Shown here in pieces: positions 30,935 through 40,296 of a stretch of DNA of 64,000 nt. Position numbers and translations under genes: made by a program. Numbering within the stretch: the stretch's first letter is position 1; each line of letters begins with the position of its first letter. Under the pieces are notes generated by a model, which was not told where the DNA came from, searched no databases, and was given only the letters and a program-made list of their open reading frames with translations. Source of the DNA: a virus; IMG/VR virus record IMGVR_UViG_3300024496_000012; one strand, 5' to 3'.

Positions 30935-31528
30935 ATGAATGTAGAAAAATCAATATGGCCGCTGTTTTCAAAACCAGTTTTTAGGACCGGAGTAGATGTA
31001 TCGGGTGTGGATTTAACCAGCATAGAATGGTTGCCAAACTACAATAACTGGATCAGTAAAGATCAAAATGTACTAGAAAAACCCGAGTTTGAAAAACTAG
31101 CTCAAGGAGTATACGACGGAATCTGCGAATACTTTTATGGTGTTATGCGAGCCAATCAACGTATAGAGATCGCTATCACTGAAAGTTGGTTTAATAAAAC
31201 AGAAAAAGGTCAAATACATCACAGACATTATCATCCCAACAGTGTGTTTTCTACAGTGCTTTATCTGCAAACTGAAGGGGAATCGGGTCAGACTAAGTTT
31301 ATAACCAGCGAATACCAGTTACTGGAGTATGACATTGACGAATCCAACATCTATAACTCAAAGAGTTGGAGCCTTACACCTAAAGTCGGAGAAATGTTGA
31401 TATTTCCTAGCAGCATGGAACATATGGTCACTGAATATCAAGGAAACGTTCCTCGTATTAGTCTGGCTGTAAACACTTTTATCAAAGGGCAGATCAACAC
31501 CATGCCCTTGACCAAACTACATCTTTAA
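30935..31528 (+). CDS. Fe(II)/2OG oxygenase-like (TIGR02466-like)
   Basis: ESWFN...HHRHYHPNS..S.VLYL...GEMLIFPSSMEHMV...RISLAVN. Confidence 0.8.
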   Translation: MNVEKSIWPLFSKPVFRTGVDVSGVDLTSIEWLPNYNNWISKDQNVLEKPEFEKLAQGVYDGICEYFYGVMRANQRIEIAITESWFNKTEKGQIHHRHYHPNSVFSTVLYLQTEGESGQTKFITSEYQLLEYDIDESNIYNSKSWSLTPKVGEMLIFPSSMEHMVTEYQGNVPRISLAVNTFIKGQINTMPLTKLHL

Positions 31529-32355
31529 ATCTTATTTTTAGGATATTTTTTACGGAAGAAACTAAACAGATCCGTAATCACACGCATCTTATTTCCTACA
31601 CTGTCTGATCTAGGAAATCTACTGTGATTAGAAAAAGTATAGGCATCTTCTATTTCTTCCTCGACTGGTCCTGCAACATCAACAATAAAATCTACACCGT
31701 TTTGTTCTACTAGTTTTCTGCTAATAGGGACATATTGTACCAATGGAGTTCCGGCGCGAATCAGTGTATCGCCTTCTAGCACATGCCAAAACAGTTGTAC
31801 GCTTACGGCATGCATGTACCTAGGATCAACGATTCCTGTAGCTGCTGTAAATCTAGCTTCGTTGTCATAACTAACAGGAATCTGCAATAGTAAAATGTCA
31901 TCGCTGGCCTTTACACGCCATGGAGTTTCTACTTTTACAGCACTGTGTAGATGGGGGCGATCTGTGTTAGGTATTTCTTTAGGTATTAATGGTTCTGTCT
32001 GTGCAGGACTATGCCAGCTTACATAATAATCAGTGCCGCCGAATGTATATTTGTCACTGTGCCGCTTAAACAAGAAAGGAGTTTCCCAGCTTAGGTGTTC
32101 GATGCTAGGACCTGTTTTGATGACAAAATCTGCTGGAGCCCTAAGAACATACCCAGTTCTAGTTAGCTGCTTGATAGCCGGGCAGTTTAACACCGTTTGA
32201 CGCCCTTGTTCTGGGCGGTTTCTTTCGGTATTTCCTAGCCCATTCCAATCTCTGTCTACTAGTTTAGACTGTGTGACTGGGTAGATCGCAGCAACATTCT
32301 GATCTAGACTATAGAATCTTACCCAGCTTTTTTTCTTTTTAAACAGATTAAACAT
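31525..32355 (-). CDS. Hypothetical protein, paralog of 16898..17692
   Basis: Start reassigned to MFNLFKKK (TAAATA 5 nt upstream). VRFYSL, CPAI, APADF, ETPWRV, QLFW, AGTPL motifs. Confidence 0.65.
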   Translation of the reverse strand: MFNLFKKKKSWVRFYSLDQNVAAIYPVTQSKLVDRDWNGLGNTERNRPEQGRQTVLNCPAIKQLTRTGYVLRAPADFVIKTGPSIEHLSWETPFLFKRHSDKYTFGGTDYYVSWHSPAQTEPLIPKEIPNTDRPHLHSAVKVETPWRVKASDDILLLQIPVSYDNEARFTAATGIVDPRYMHAVSVQLFWHVLEGDTLIRAGTPLVQYVPISRKLVEQNGVDFIVDVAGPVEEEIEDAYTFSNHSRFPRSDSVGNKMRVITDLFSFFRKKYPKNKI

Positions 32356-32412
32356 ATGGATATTTACGCTTAAAAGGAGCTGATAACGCAGGTTCTGAAA
32401 AATTTCAAACTG

Positions 32413-32419
32413 ATAAATA
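32413..32419 (+). promoter_or_regulatory. Late promoter core ATAAATA, divergent from the one at 32361-32366
   Basis: tgATAAATAataggacGAGG upstream of 32444. Confidence 0.6.
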
Positions 32420-32443
32420 ATAGGACGAGGACCATGTATAGCT

Positions 32444-33265
32444 ATGTCTACCAACAACTTTAACAGCATCAGATTACTTCCTAACTATGATATAACTACC
32501 TTAAATCGCAAGGTAGCCAGCAAGGGCGAAGTGTTTTTTGACCCTTCGACTGTTAGTATCAGAGTATTTGACGGCTTTGTAACGGGCGGGCATCAAATAC
32601 TAAGGGCAGATCTTTCAAATCTAGAAACAACGATTCCATCTAGTGCGTTGACTGGAAATATACCCAACAGCAAACTAGCAAACAGCACCGTGACTATCGG
32701 TAGCAATACGATATCTTTGGGGGGTTCTCTAACTTCTCTTTCTGGGCTATCATCGATTTCTGCAACAACAATATCTGGAACTTTTACAGGTAATATAACA
32801 GGTAATGTTACGGGTAACGTCACTGGCGGTACTTCAGGTACACATACAGGACCAGTAGTTGGAAATGTGCAGGGCAATGTAACAGGTAATGTTACAGGTA
32901 GTTTAACTGGTAATGCTGACACGGCAACCAAGCTGGCCACTGCTAGGACGATTAATAACCAGTTGTTTGATGGCACAGCCAACATAGAAATAAATTCAAA
33001 TGCGCAGGGGTTGACTGGAACTTTTATAGCCAGCAACGTAGTAGGCTCAAGTCTTACCAGTGTTGGATCATTGGTATCATTAGATGTCGCAGGAAATGTA
33101 ACGATCGCAGGCACAGTGTCTGCCACAGGAAATACAACATTCGGTGGTAGTGTGTCAGTAAGTGGAAACGTAGTTGTACCCACCAACCCAACAATAAGAA
33201 CACACGCTACTAATAAAAATTATGTAGATAAAAGAGCTGTCGCTATGGCAGTGGCGTTAAGCTAA
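32444..33265 (+). CDS. Fibre-like structural protein with G-N-V-T repeats
   Basis: TGNITGNVTGNVTG / GNVQGNVTGNVTG repeats; ATKLATARTIN..FDGTANI motif. Confidence 0.7.
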   Translation: MSTNNFNSIRLLPNYDITTLNRKVASKGEVFFDPSTVSIRVFDGFVTGGHQILRADLSNLETTIPSSALTGNIPNSKLANSTVTIGSNTISLGGSLTSLSGLSSISATTISGTFTGNITGNVTGNVTGGTSGTHTGPVVGNVQGNVTGNVTGSLTGNADTATKLATARTINNQLFDGTANIEINSNAQGLTGTFIASNVVGSSLTSVGSLVSLDVAGNVTIAGTVSATGNTTFGGSVSVSGNVVVPTNPTIRTHATNKNYVDKRAVAMAVALS

Positions 33266-33285
33266 TATCTGAGGAAAAATAGTAA

Positions 33286-36200
33286 ATGGCAAAGAAACAG
33301 ATTTCATATTTTAAGTTTACACCAGGAGCGGTACCTCCTGCCTACGGTCAATATCCAAATACCGTAGCGTTGTTGACGGCTAACAAATCATTCCTGATAG
33401 AGGAAATGAATGCCTACATCACACAACAGATAGCCGCCAGCCAAGCACCATTTACTGGATACAGTTACACAACTACACGCCAAGCTAAATGTCGCAGAGA
33501 CACAGGATACATCATAGATTCTATCATATATGATTTGACCTACGGCGGCAACTCAGCTAGCTATCAGATAGCTTCTAGATTTTATCTTAACAGTGCTATA
33601 CAGATTCTAACACCTAGTGTTGAAGTGGCGACATATCAATGGTTGCTAGGAAAGATCGCAACTAATATTCTAACTAATACACCCTATACTAGATTAAACA
33701 ACGTTAGTGGTGCTACACAGGTAACTATCGCAGGCAACCCCGCAGAAGCTCTTGGTATCCACGGCACCAATGTATTGTTTAACATAACTATCAATGCTAT
33801 AAACATAGGCCTTAGCAGTTTACCAACAGTTGTTGCTCCAAATCCACAGAATGGTGGATTGGCTCCTAACACCGTTAAGTTATTAGATGATAATAAGAGA
33901 TTCATCCAAGAAGAAGTCATCGCTTATATCGCCTATAACGTTGCCAATAATATAGCACCGTTTGCTTATTATACCTACAATGCAGCCAAGTGTCGCAGAG
34001 ACATCAGCTATATGGTTGATGCCTATATACACGATATAGCCAGCGGTGGTAATAATAAAACTGTAAACTATGCTTCAAAGTATTTTGAAAACGGCATCCC
34101 ACAGGTAGATGGTGATCGTCAACCAGAAGTCTATGCTCATACATTCTTAAGAGATCTTGTAGAAAACTATATCCTTTCGAATGTTGCTTTTGCTGCTAGA
34201 CAGACAGCAGTACCGCAGGTTATAGAACCATCAGTGCCCGCAGAAGTATTTGGTGCTACGTTGGTGTCAACATTGGCTAACGGGCTGATTGACGTGCTAG
34301 TCAACGGTCTCACTGCTTTACCTACAAAGATTTCAAATCGTGGTTATGTCAAGTTTCCAGGATTCTACAAACAAAAAGATATTTTATTGATCACTAACAC
34401 ATCACGAAATGTTATCATGTATAACTTTAGTGATCCTGACACTGCTGCTGAAGTTACCTATGACGGATTTTACGATTCAGATTTTCCAGCAGCACTCTAC
34501 GGCAATGAAAAAATAACCACCGTAACCTTTGACATTGACACATCTGGAATGATGGTCACCGATCAAATACAGATTTTTGTCGAAGGAAAAGAACAGATAG
34601 TCCATATGAATAACTCGTCTTCGGACGCTATGGAACGTGTTAAAGTTGGTATACCGCAGTCAATGCTTGACGCTGACTTTGAGTACGGACTTCAGCCAAC
34701 TAAGTGGCAGACTATCTCTATGATGCGTAACTATCCAAGTGTGTACGAAATACCTGGTAGCGATCTTCCAGTCAGTAGCGTGGTTACAGATGCATCAGCA
34801 GGCACAGGAAATATTGGCAGCAGCTTGATCACAGTAACTACCGTGGCTAATCACGGTTTCGCAGTTAACGATGTCTTTACCATCAAGGCTCTTGCAGCGT
34901 CAGTTAAAGGTTTCAGCCGTGCAGAAGGAACTTTCTTAGTAGCTTCTGTTCCTAGCTCAACTACATTTACCTATTATGCCAAATCAAGAGTAGGAACATC
35001 TAACCCAACGACACTGAGCCAAACATATACTCAGCTACGCAAGGCAGGATTCTATACTGGTGCCTCAGTAGGAACACCAAGTTTCAATGTATATTCAAAC
35101 GGTCAAAGTGGGACCGTAACCACTAGTCTTATCACAGCAAGTGGAGCCAGTATCATTGGTTTCACAGGCAGTGCTCCTCCTGCTGGTGCACCTATTACAG
35201 GAACCGGTATTCCTACAGGATCACAGATTAGTTCTGTTGTAGGCAACGGTGGAACTGTTACAGCTACTACTTTGATCACGACAGCAGAGATTGGTGATAA
35301 CACTATACAGGTCACTAACACATCTGGCATTACTCCTGGTCTTGTTATAGATCGAGGCGATGGTACTTCGGTAGCTGTTACTGATATTACATCTAATACT
35401 ATTTTGTTAAGTGGACTGCTAACTTCGCAGATTAAAGGCACCAACGAAACATATGCAAACATTGTACAGTCAGCTACTAGCGGCAGTGGTAGTGGCGCAA
35501 CATTTACTGTTTCAAGATTAGGTGCTACATATCAAGCAGTTATAGGTAATAACACAGGAAACAGTTATGTTGCTAATGATACGATAACACTTCCGGGAAC
35601 CAGCCTAGGAGGCACTTCACCAACTAACAATGCTACCGTAACAGTTGTTACTGCTAATGATCTAAATATTCCGCAGGTATTAGGTGCTGTAACACCAGGT
35701 AGTGGGGGATATGTTGATGATGTAAATGTTGCCACAGCCGGAGGCACAGGAACTGGTCTAACTGTCGATATCACTACAGACCTAGGCGGACTAGTATTGA
35801 CCGCAGTTATTAATACTGCAGGTAAGGACTATACGGCAGGCGATATCGTTACTATAACCGGTGGCAACGGCGATGCTACAGTTCAGATTGACACAGTTTC
35901 CCCAGGAGGTGAAATCTTAACATTCACTATCGCAGGAACACCGATCACTGCACCAAATGTAACATTTATCAGTGCATTCACGATTAATGATTTTACCAGC
36001 ACATCAATAGCTGATGCATCAACATTAAACTATACATCAATCAGCACACTTGAAGTTACTTTCCAAACACCACACGGATTTATTCCAGGTGATTCACTCA
36101 CTATACAGATAACTAGCTCGGGATCTAATGCTCAACTAGCAGCAGGCTCGTACTATGTTGAGCAGGTTCCAACCCCGACCACACTACGCTACACAGCGAG

Positions 36201-39200
36201 ATCTCAAGGCACTATCGCTAACACATTGACTGGTATTGTTTATGCTCGTCCAGACAGTTATTTCGTACATAGACCATACGACGGCGGAGTACAGTTAGGT
36301 ACAGGCGGGCCGGCGCATGGTTCTACAGCCATACGTATGAGTAAAAAATATATCCGTTATCAATCTGGTAAGGGAGTTATGTACAATACTGGTGCTTTAT
36401 TTGCTCCTAGCTATGACCTAAGAAGTCTGACAGCTACTAGCACCGCAGTAGGTGCTACAATCACGATGGCCACTGACGATACTGATCACGGTTGTCAAGT
36501 AGGTGCGCAGATCGTTATCACAGGAGTACAGACTTCAGGATATAATGGAGTATACACTGTCACTAGTATCATCGATGAGCGTACACTACAGTTCATAGGA
36601 TCACAAACTCTAGGAGCAACCACAGCTGTTCTAGGAAGCCCATGTCAAATGGCTATCTACAAATGGCATGGTTCTACAGTACGTTCGGGAACATTTGACG
36701 ATCAAAACGGTATGTTCTGGCAATATGATGGTCAAAGGATGGCTGTCGGTAAGCGCAGTTCGACATTCCAGTTGGCAGGAACTATCAACCTTGCTGCCAA
36801 CTCTAATGCAGTAACAGGAACTAACACAAGATTTACACAACAGCTAGCAGTTGGAGATCGTATCGTTATCAAAGGTATGAGCCATGTAGTTTCTGGTATA
36901 ACCAGCGACACCGCACTAACTGTTACACCAGACTATCGTGGGGTTACTAACGTAGTCGGCGGTCGAGCATGTAAGACCATAGACTTGATCATTCCACAAG
37001 AATCATGGAACCTAGACCCACTTGACGGTTCTGGACCATCTGGTTATAATATCGACGTCACTAAGATGCAGATGATTGGTATGCAATGGACCTGGTATGG
37101 TGCTGGCTTTGTAGACTTTATGCTGCGTGGTCCAACTGGTGACTATACATGGGCACATAGATTCCGTAACAGCAACGTAAACGCTGAAGCATACATGCGT
37201 ACTGGTAACCAACCAGTTCGTTATGAAGTCATTAATGAAGGTGCTAAAGGAAGACTTTCTGCAGCGATGACTATCAGTCAAACTACAGTACCGATGAGCT
37301 CCGATGATTGTTATTGGTTTCCAACCTCAGGTATTGTTAGCATCGACGGAGAATTGATTAGATTTACTGGCAACAGCGGAACAGCTCTAACTGGTTGTAC
37401 TCGTGCTGCAACAATGACTCAGTTTGTGGCTGGATCTAACAGGACATTCTCAGGTGGCGCAGCAGCCACACATAACTCAGGAGCAGGTGTTGTGCTGGTT
37501 TCAAGCACAGTTACCCCTATTATTAGCCACTGGGGCTCGGCATTCATGATCGACGGTCAGTTTGACAGTGACCGTGGTTATCTGTTTAACTATGTGGCTT
37601 CCGGTATCACAGTTTCTACAGCTAAGACCACGGCATTCCTGATACGTCTAGCACCTAGTGTTTCAAACGCACAGACAGGTGACCTTGGTGAAAGAGAACT
37701 ATTAAACCGTGCGCAGTTGTTACTACAGAATATTTCTATTACATCTGATTCAGGAACCACTGGCGGTCTAGTTATTGAAGGAGTTCTAAATCCACAGAAC
37801 TATCCAACAGATCCTACAAAGATTACATGGAACGGTCTAGCATCGAGTGCCGCTGGTGGCCAACCTAGCTTTGCACAAGTAGCTTCAGGCGGTTCTGTAA
37901 CATGGGGCGGTAACTTCAGCCAGACAACTTCTACAGTACAAGGTGCGTTTACCACAACGCTTACAGCCAAGAGCTTTGCGGCATCTACACAGACGTTAAC
38001 AGCTACTGGTTTTGCTGCGGTTACTAGAACAGCACAGGCACAGTCATTTGGTACACTAGGACAAAGCGTAACAGCACTTGGTTTTGCCAACGGTCAGCCA
38101 TATGGTAACAACACTTACGTCAGTGCTATCAGTACAGCACGTAACGATTTCTTGATTACCAACACTCAGTACGATGCATTAACATTGGTGCCACAACCAG
38201 GTGATGCTGTCACTGGTGCCAACATCGCTGCTAACTCAGTTATTAGTAGTGTGACCAGAGCCTACAACGGTGGTTTATATACTCGTATCGTAATGGATCG
38301 AAACGGTTCGGGAACATCAACCGCTGGTTCAGGAAATAACGTTCCGGTGACTATCACTACAGCATATTCTTCAACGTATCGTAGCGCATTGAGTACAGCA
38401 CGTAACGATTTCTTGATTAGCAATACCGATTATGATACGATACTGGCCAGCACACCGTTGGCTATCGGTGATCCAACCAGTGCTACTACTTATATCACTG
38501 GTGGACAAACGGTCACTGGATTTACAAGAAGTTATATCACTATCAACTCGGTAGCATACACCAGAGTAACTCTAAGTGGTGTGGCTACAGCAACATCACC
38601 TGTAGCAGCGACCAACGGTGCTCAAAACGTCACAGTAACATTTACTAGCTCTGTGGCGGCTCTGTATAATAATGCTATCAGCAGCACTAGAGCAGACTTC
38701 TTGATTCCGCAGAGTCAATACAACGGTTTTGGTGGAAACTTAAAAGTCACTGACGTTCTAAGTGCTACAACCTATGTCACGGGTGGACAGACTGTTTCCA
38801 GTATAACTCAAAACTATACTACTATCAATACTACAGTCTATGCACGTATCGTCATGACAGCCAACGGTAATGGTAACAGTCCTGCAGGTGCAAACCCAGT
38901 TACTGTTACATCAACATCGGCGTTGACAGCAGCCTATGGTTCGGCATTGACAACTGGTCGAAGTGATTTCTTGGTAACAGATACAGAATGGAACGCCTCC
39001 GGAATCTTAGCAGGCGATACTCTTTCGGCTACTACATTTATCACGGGCGGTCAAACCGTTTTATCAGTGACTACCGGCTATGCTGTAATCAGTACAGTTT
39101 CATACACTCGAGTCGTAATGAGTGCTAACGCTAATGCTAACTCAACCAGCGGTAGCGGTAATGATGTGACTGTGACTGTTACGGCAGCAGGCTCGAGAGC

Positions 39201-39654
39201 TAGCTACACCAATACTAACTATCTGTTCTTTGACAGCACTTCTTGGGCGTCAGGAGGAGCTACTATTGGTACATTCTTAGCGACAACAGTGACTAGCTTC
39301 CCAGCTGGTACAGCGGTCGGCGCTATCAGTACACGTACCTTTGGAGCGACTACGGTGTATCGTGTGTCGTTTACACAGTCATCAAACGCTACCATCAATG
39401 CTGCGGCAACGATTACATGGCAGTTTGGTGCCGCTTATGCGCTACCAGGTGAACAGGTATTCTCATTCATTAGCTTACCAGGCGGATCAGACAGCTTAGA
39501 TCTATCAGGGTTGAAAGAACTCACATCAACAAGTATTGGTGGTCGTGGTACCTTTCCGAATGGTCCAGACGTGCTAGCGATCAACGTCTATAAGACATCT
39601 GGATCAAATACTACTTCTAACGTGATTATCCGTTGGGGTGAGGCACAGGCTTAA
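33286..39654 (+). CDS. Large (2122 aa) virion structural protein
   Basis: Two KCRRD repeats like those in 1019..10798; Thr/Gly-rich; four internal ~90-aa repeats near the C-terminus. Confidence 0.75.
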   Translation: MAKKQISYFKFTPGAVPPAYGQYPNTVALLTANKSFLIEEMNAYITQQIAASQAPFTGYSYTTTRQAKCRRDTGYIIDSIIYDLTYGGNSASYQIASRFYLNSAIQILTPSVEVATYQWLLGKIATNILTNTPYTRLNNVSGATQVTIAGNPAEALGIHGTNVLFNITINAINIGLSSLPTVVAPNPQNGGLAPNTVKLLDDNKRFIQEEVIAYIAYNVANNIAPFAYYTYNAAKCRRDISYMVDAYIHDIASGGNNKTVNYASKYFENGIPQVDGDRQPEVYAHTFLRDLVENYILSNVAFAARQTAVPQVIEPSVPAEVFGATLVSTLANGLIDVLVNGLTALPTKISNRGYVKFPGFYKQKDILLITNTSRNVIMYNFSDPDTAAEVTYDGFYDSDFPAALYGNEKITTVTFDIDTSGMMVTDQIQIFVEGKEQIVHMNNSSSDAMERVKVGIPQSMLDADFEYGLQPTKWQTISMMRNYPSVYEIPGSDLPVSSVVTDASAGTGNIGSSLITVTTVANHGFAVNDVFTIKALAASVKGFSRAEGTFLVASVPSSTTFTYYAKSRVGTSNPTTLSQTYTQLRKAGFYTGASVGTPSFNVYSNGQSGTVTTSLITASGASIIGFTGSAPPAGAPITGTGIPTGSQISSVVGNGGTVTATTLITTAEIGDNTIQVTNTSGITPGLVIDRGDGTSVAVTDITSNTILLSGLLTSQIKGTNETYANIVQSATSGSGSGATFTVSRLGATYQAVIGNNTGNSYVANDTITLPGTSLGGTSPTNNATVTVVTANDLNIPQVLGAVTPGSGGYVDDVNVATAGGTGTGLTVDITTDLGGLVLTAVINTAGKDYTAGDIVTITGGNGDATVQIDTVSPGGEILTFTIAGTPITAPNVTFISAFTINDFTSTSIADASTLNYTSISTLEVTFQTPHGFIPGDSLTIQITSSGSNAQLAAGSYYVEQVPTPTTLRYTARSQGTIANTLTGIVYARPDSYFVHRPYDGGVQLGTGGPAHGSTAIRMSKKYIRYQSGKGVMYNTGALFAPSYDLRSLTATSTAVGATITMATDDTDHGCQVGAQIVITGVQTSGYNGVYTVTSIIDERTLQFIGSQTLGATTAVLGSPCQMAIYKWHGSTVRSGTFDDQNGMFWQYDGQRMAVGKRSSTFQLAGTINLAANSNAVTGTNTRFTQQLAVGDRIVIKGMSHVVSGITSDTALTVTPDYRGVTNVVGGRACKTIDLIIPQESWNLDPLDGSGPSGYNIDVTKMQMIGMQWTWYGAGFVDFMLRGPTGDYTWAHRFRNSNVNAEAYMRTGNQPVRYEVINEGAKGRLSAAMTISQTTVPMSSDDCYWFPTSGIVSIDGELIRFTGNSGTALTGCTRAATMTQFVAGSNRTFSGGAAATHNSGAGVVLVSSTVTPIISHWGSAFMIDGQFDSDRGYLFNYVASGITVSTAKTTAFLIRLAPSVSNAQTGDLGERELLNRAQLLLQNISITSDSGTTGGLVIEGVLNPQNYPTDPTKITWNGLASSAAGGQPSFAQVASGGSVTWGGNFSQTTSTVQGAFTTTLTAKSFAASTQTLTATGFAAVTRTAQAQSFGTLGQSVTALGFANGQPYGNNTYVSAISTARNDFLITNTQYDALTLVPQPGDAVTGANIAANSVISSVTRAYNGGLYTRIVMDRNGSGTSTAGSGNNVPVTITTAYSSTYRSALSTARNDFLISNTDYDTILASTPLAIGDPTSATTYITGGQTVTGFTRSYITINSVAYTRVTLSGVATATSPVAATNGAQNVTVTFTSSVAALYNNAISSTRADFLIPQSQYNGFGGNLKVTDVLSATTYVTGGQTVSSITQNYTTINTTVYARIVMTANGNGNSPAGANPVTVTSTSALTAAYGSALTTGRSDFLVTDTEWNASGILAGDTLSATTFITGGQTVLSVTTGYAVISTVSYTRVVMSANANANSTSGSGNDVTVTVTAAGSRASYTNTNYLFFDSTSWASGGATIGTFLATTVTSFPAGTAVGAISTRTFGATTVYRVSFTQSSNATINAAATITWQFGAAYALPGEQVFSFISLPGGSDSLDLSGLKELTSTSIGGRGTFPNGPDVLAINVYKTSGSNTTSNVIIRWGEAQA
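38131..38419 (+). repeat. Intragenic direct repeat AGTACAGCACGTAACGATTTCTTGATTA (two copies; STARNDFLI)
   Basis: Identical copies start at 38131 and 38392. Confidence 0.8.
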
Positions 39655-39920
39655 CTTTCACGCCAGACGCTTAGTTTTGTATCTATGCTCTGGCGTAAAG
39701 TTTTAATCTTTTCTCTAAGCTCTGTGATGAGTTCGTGATTGTTGTTGCCAAACATTAGCTGTTCGTGGGCTTCGTCAATGGCCTGCACCGAAGTCCTTAG
39801 AGAAATTAATTCTTGATCTAGCTGAGCCCGAATCTGGTAATCATTGACTTTTGCTATTTCATTCTTGAATGTTTCGTACTCGTTAAGGAATCTTTCAGAT
39901 TTAAGCAGAGGTGTAAACAT
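39651..39920 (-). CDS. Hypothetical helical protein
   Basis: 89-aa ORF; its start overlaps the end of the upstream frameshifted gene. Confidence 0.6.
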   Translation of the reverse strand: MFTPLLKSERFLNEYETFKNEIAKVNDYQIRAQLDQELISLRTSVQAIDEAHEQLMFGNNNHELITELREKIKTLRQSIDTKLSVWRES

Positions 39921-40289
39921 CGGCCATCTCCATAATAGTTTCTATTTTTGTTCTAATAAGTTGATTATTTAATGTGGACCTGAGTCCAGGATGCAACTGC
40001 TTGGGCAATAGATCAAAATCGCACCAAGCAATAGTTTTAGCTGCCAGTGTCAGGAACTCTTGATCTACAAGACATATGTATGTTCCGTATTCAAACCCTC
40101 GATCTTCGCTGAGATAAAGTTCGATAGGAACGATCTTTCCTTACTGTAAGTGCTTAACAGATTTTCAGCATCACCTAACAGGCTGTTTTGCCGCGGGAAA
40201 GTCGGTACTGTCCATTTTTCATCTTCCAGTACCATCAATATACGTTTGGTATTTTTGGCTAAAAATAGTAGTCCGGCTCGTTGTTGCAT
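39901..40289 (-). pseudogene. Gene with a 1-nt frameshift near 40141 (about 129 aa when repaired, NUDIX-like)
   Basis: The 5' frame reads MQQRAGLLFLAK...STYS. A second frame continues GKIVPIELYLSEDRGFEYGTYICLVDQEF...AWCDFDLLPKQLHPGL...TSA*. The span is 389 nt, one short of a codon multiple. Confidence 0.7.
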
Positions 40290-40296
40290 CAACTAC

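Noticed and set aside
17941-31528. Fe/2OG-dependent halogenases (SyrB2/WelO5 type)
   Set aside because: No ORF shows the HxG/HxA substitution; all have HxD, HxE or HxH.
15298-32355. TET/JBP DNA base-modification pathway as the explanation of the island
   Set aside because: No TET/JBP-specific pattern recognised and the island follows a late motif. Not fully excluded without HMM searches.
32434-32463. 9-codon upstream ORF (MYSYVYQQL) overlapping the 32444 start
   Set aside because: The GAGG is only 3 nt from this ATG and there is no other support; likely chance.
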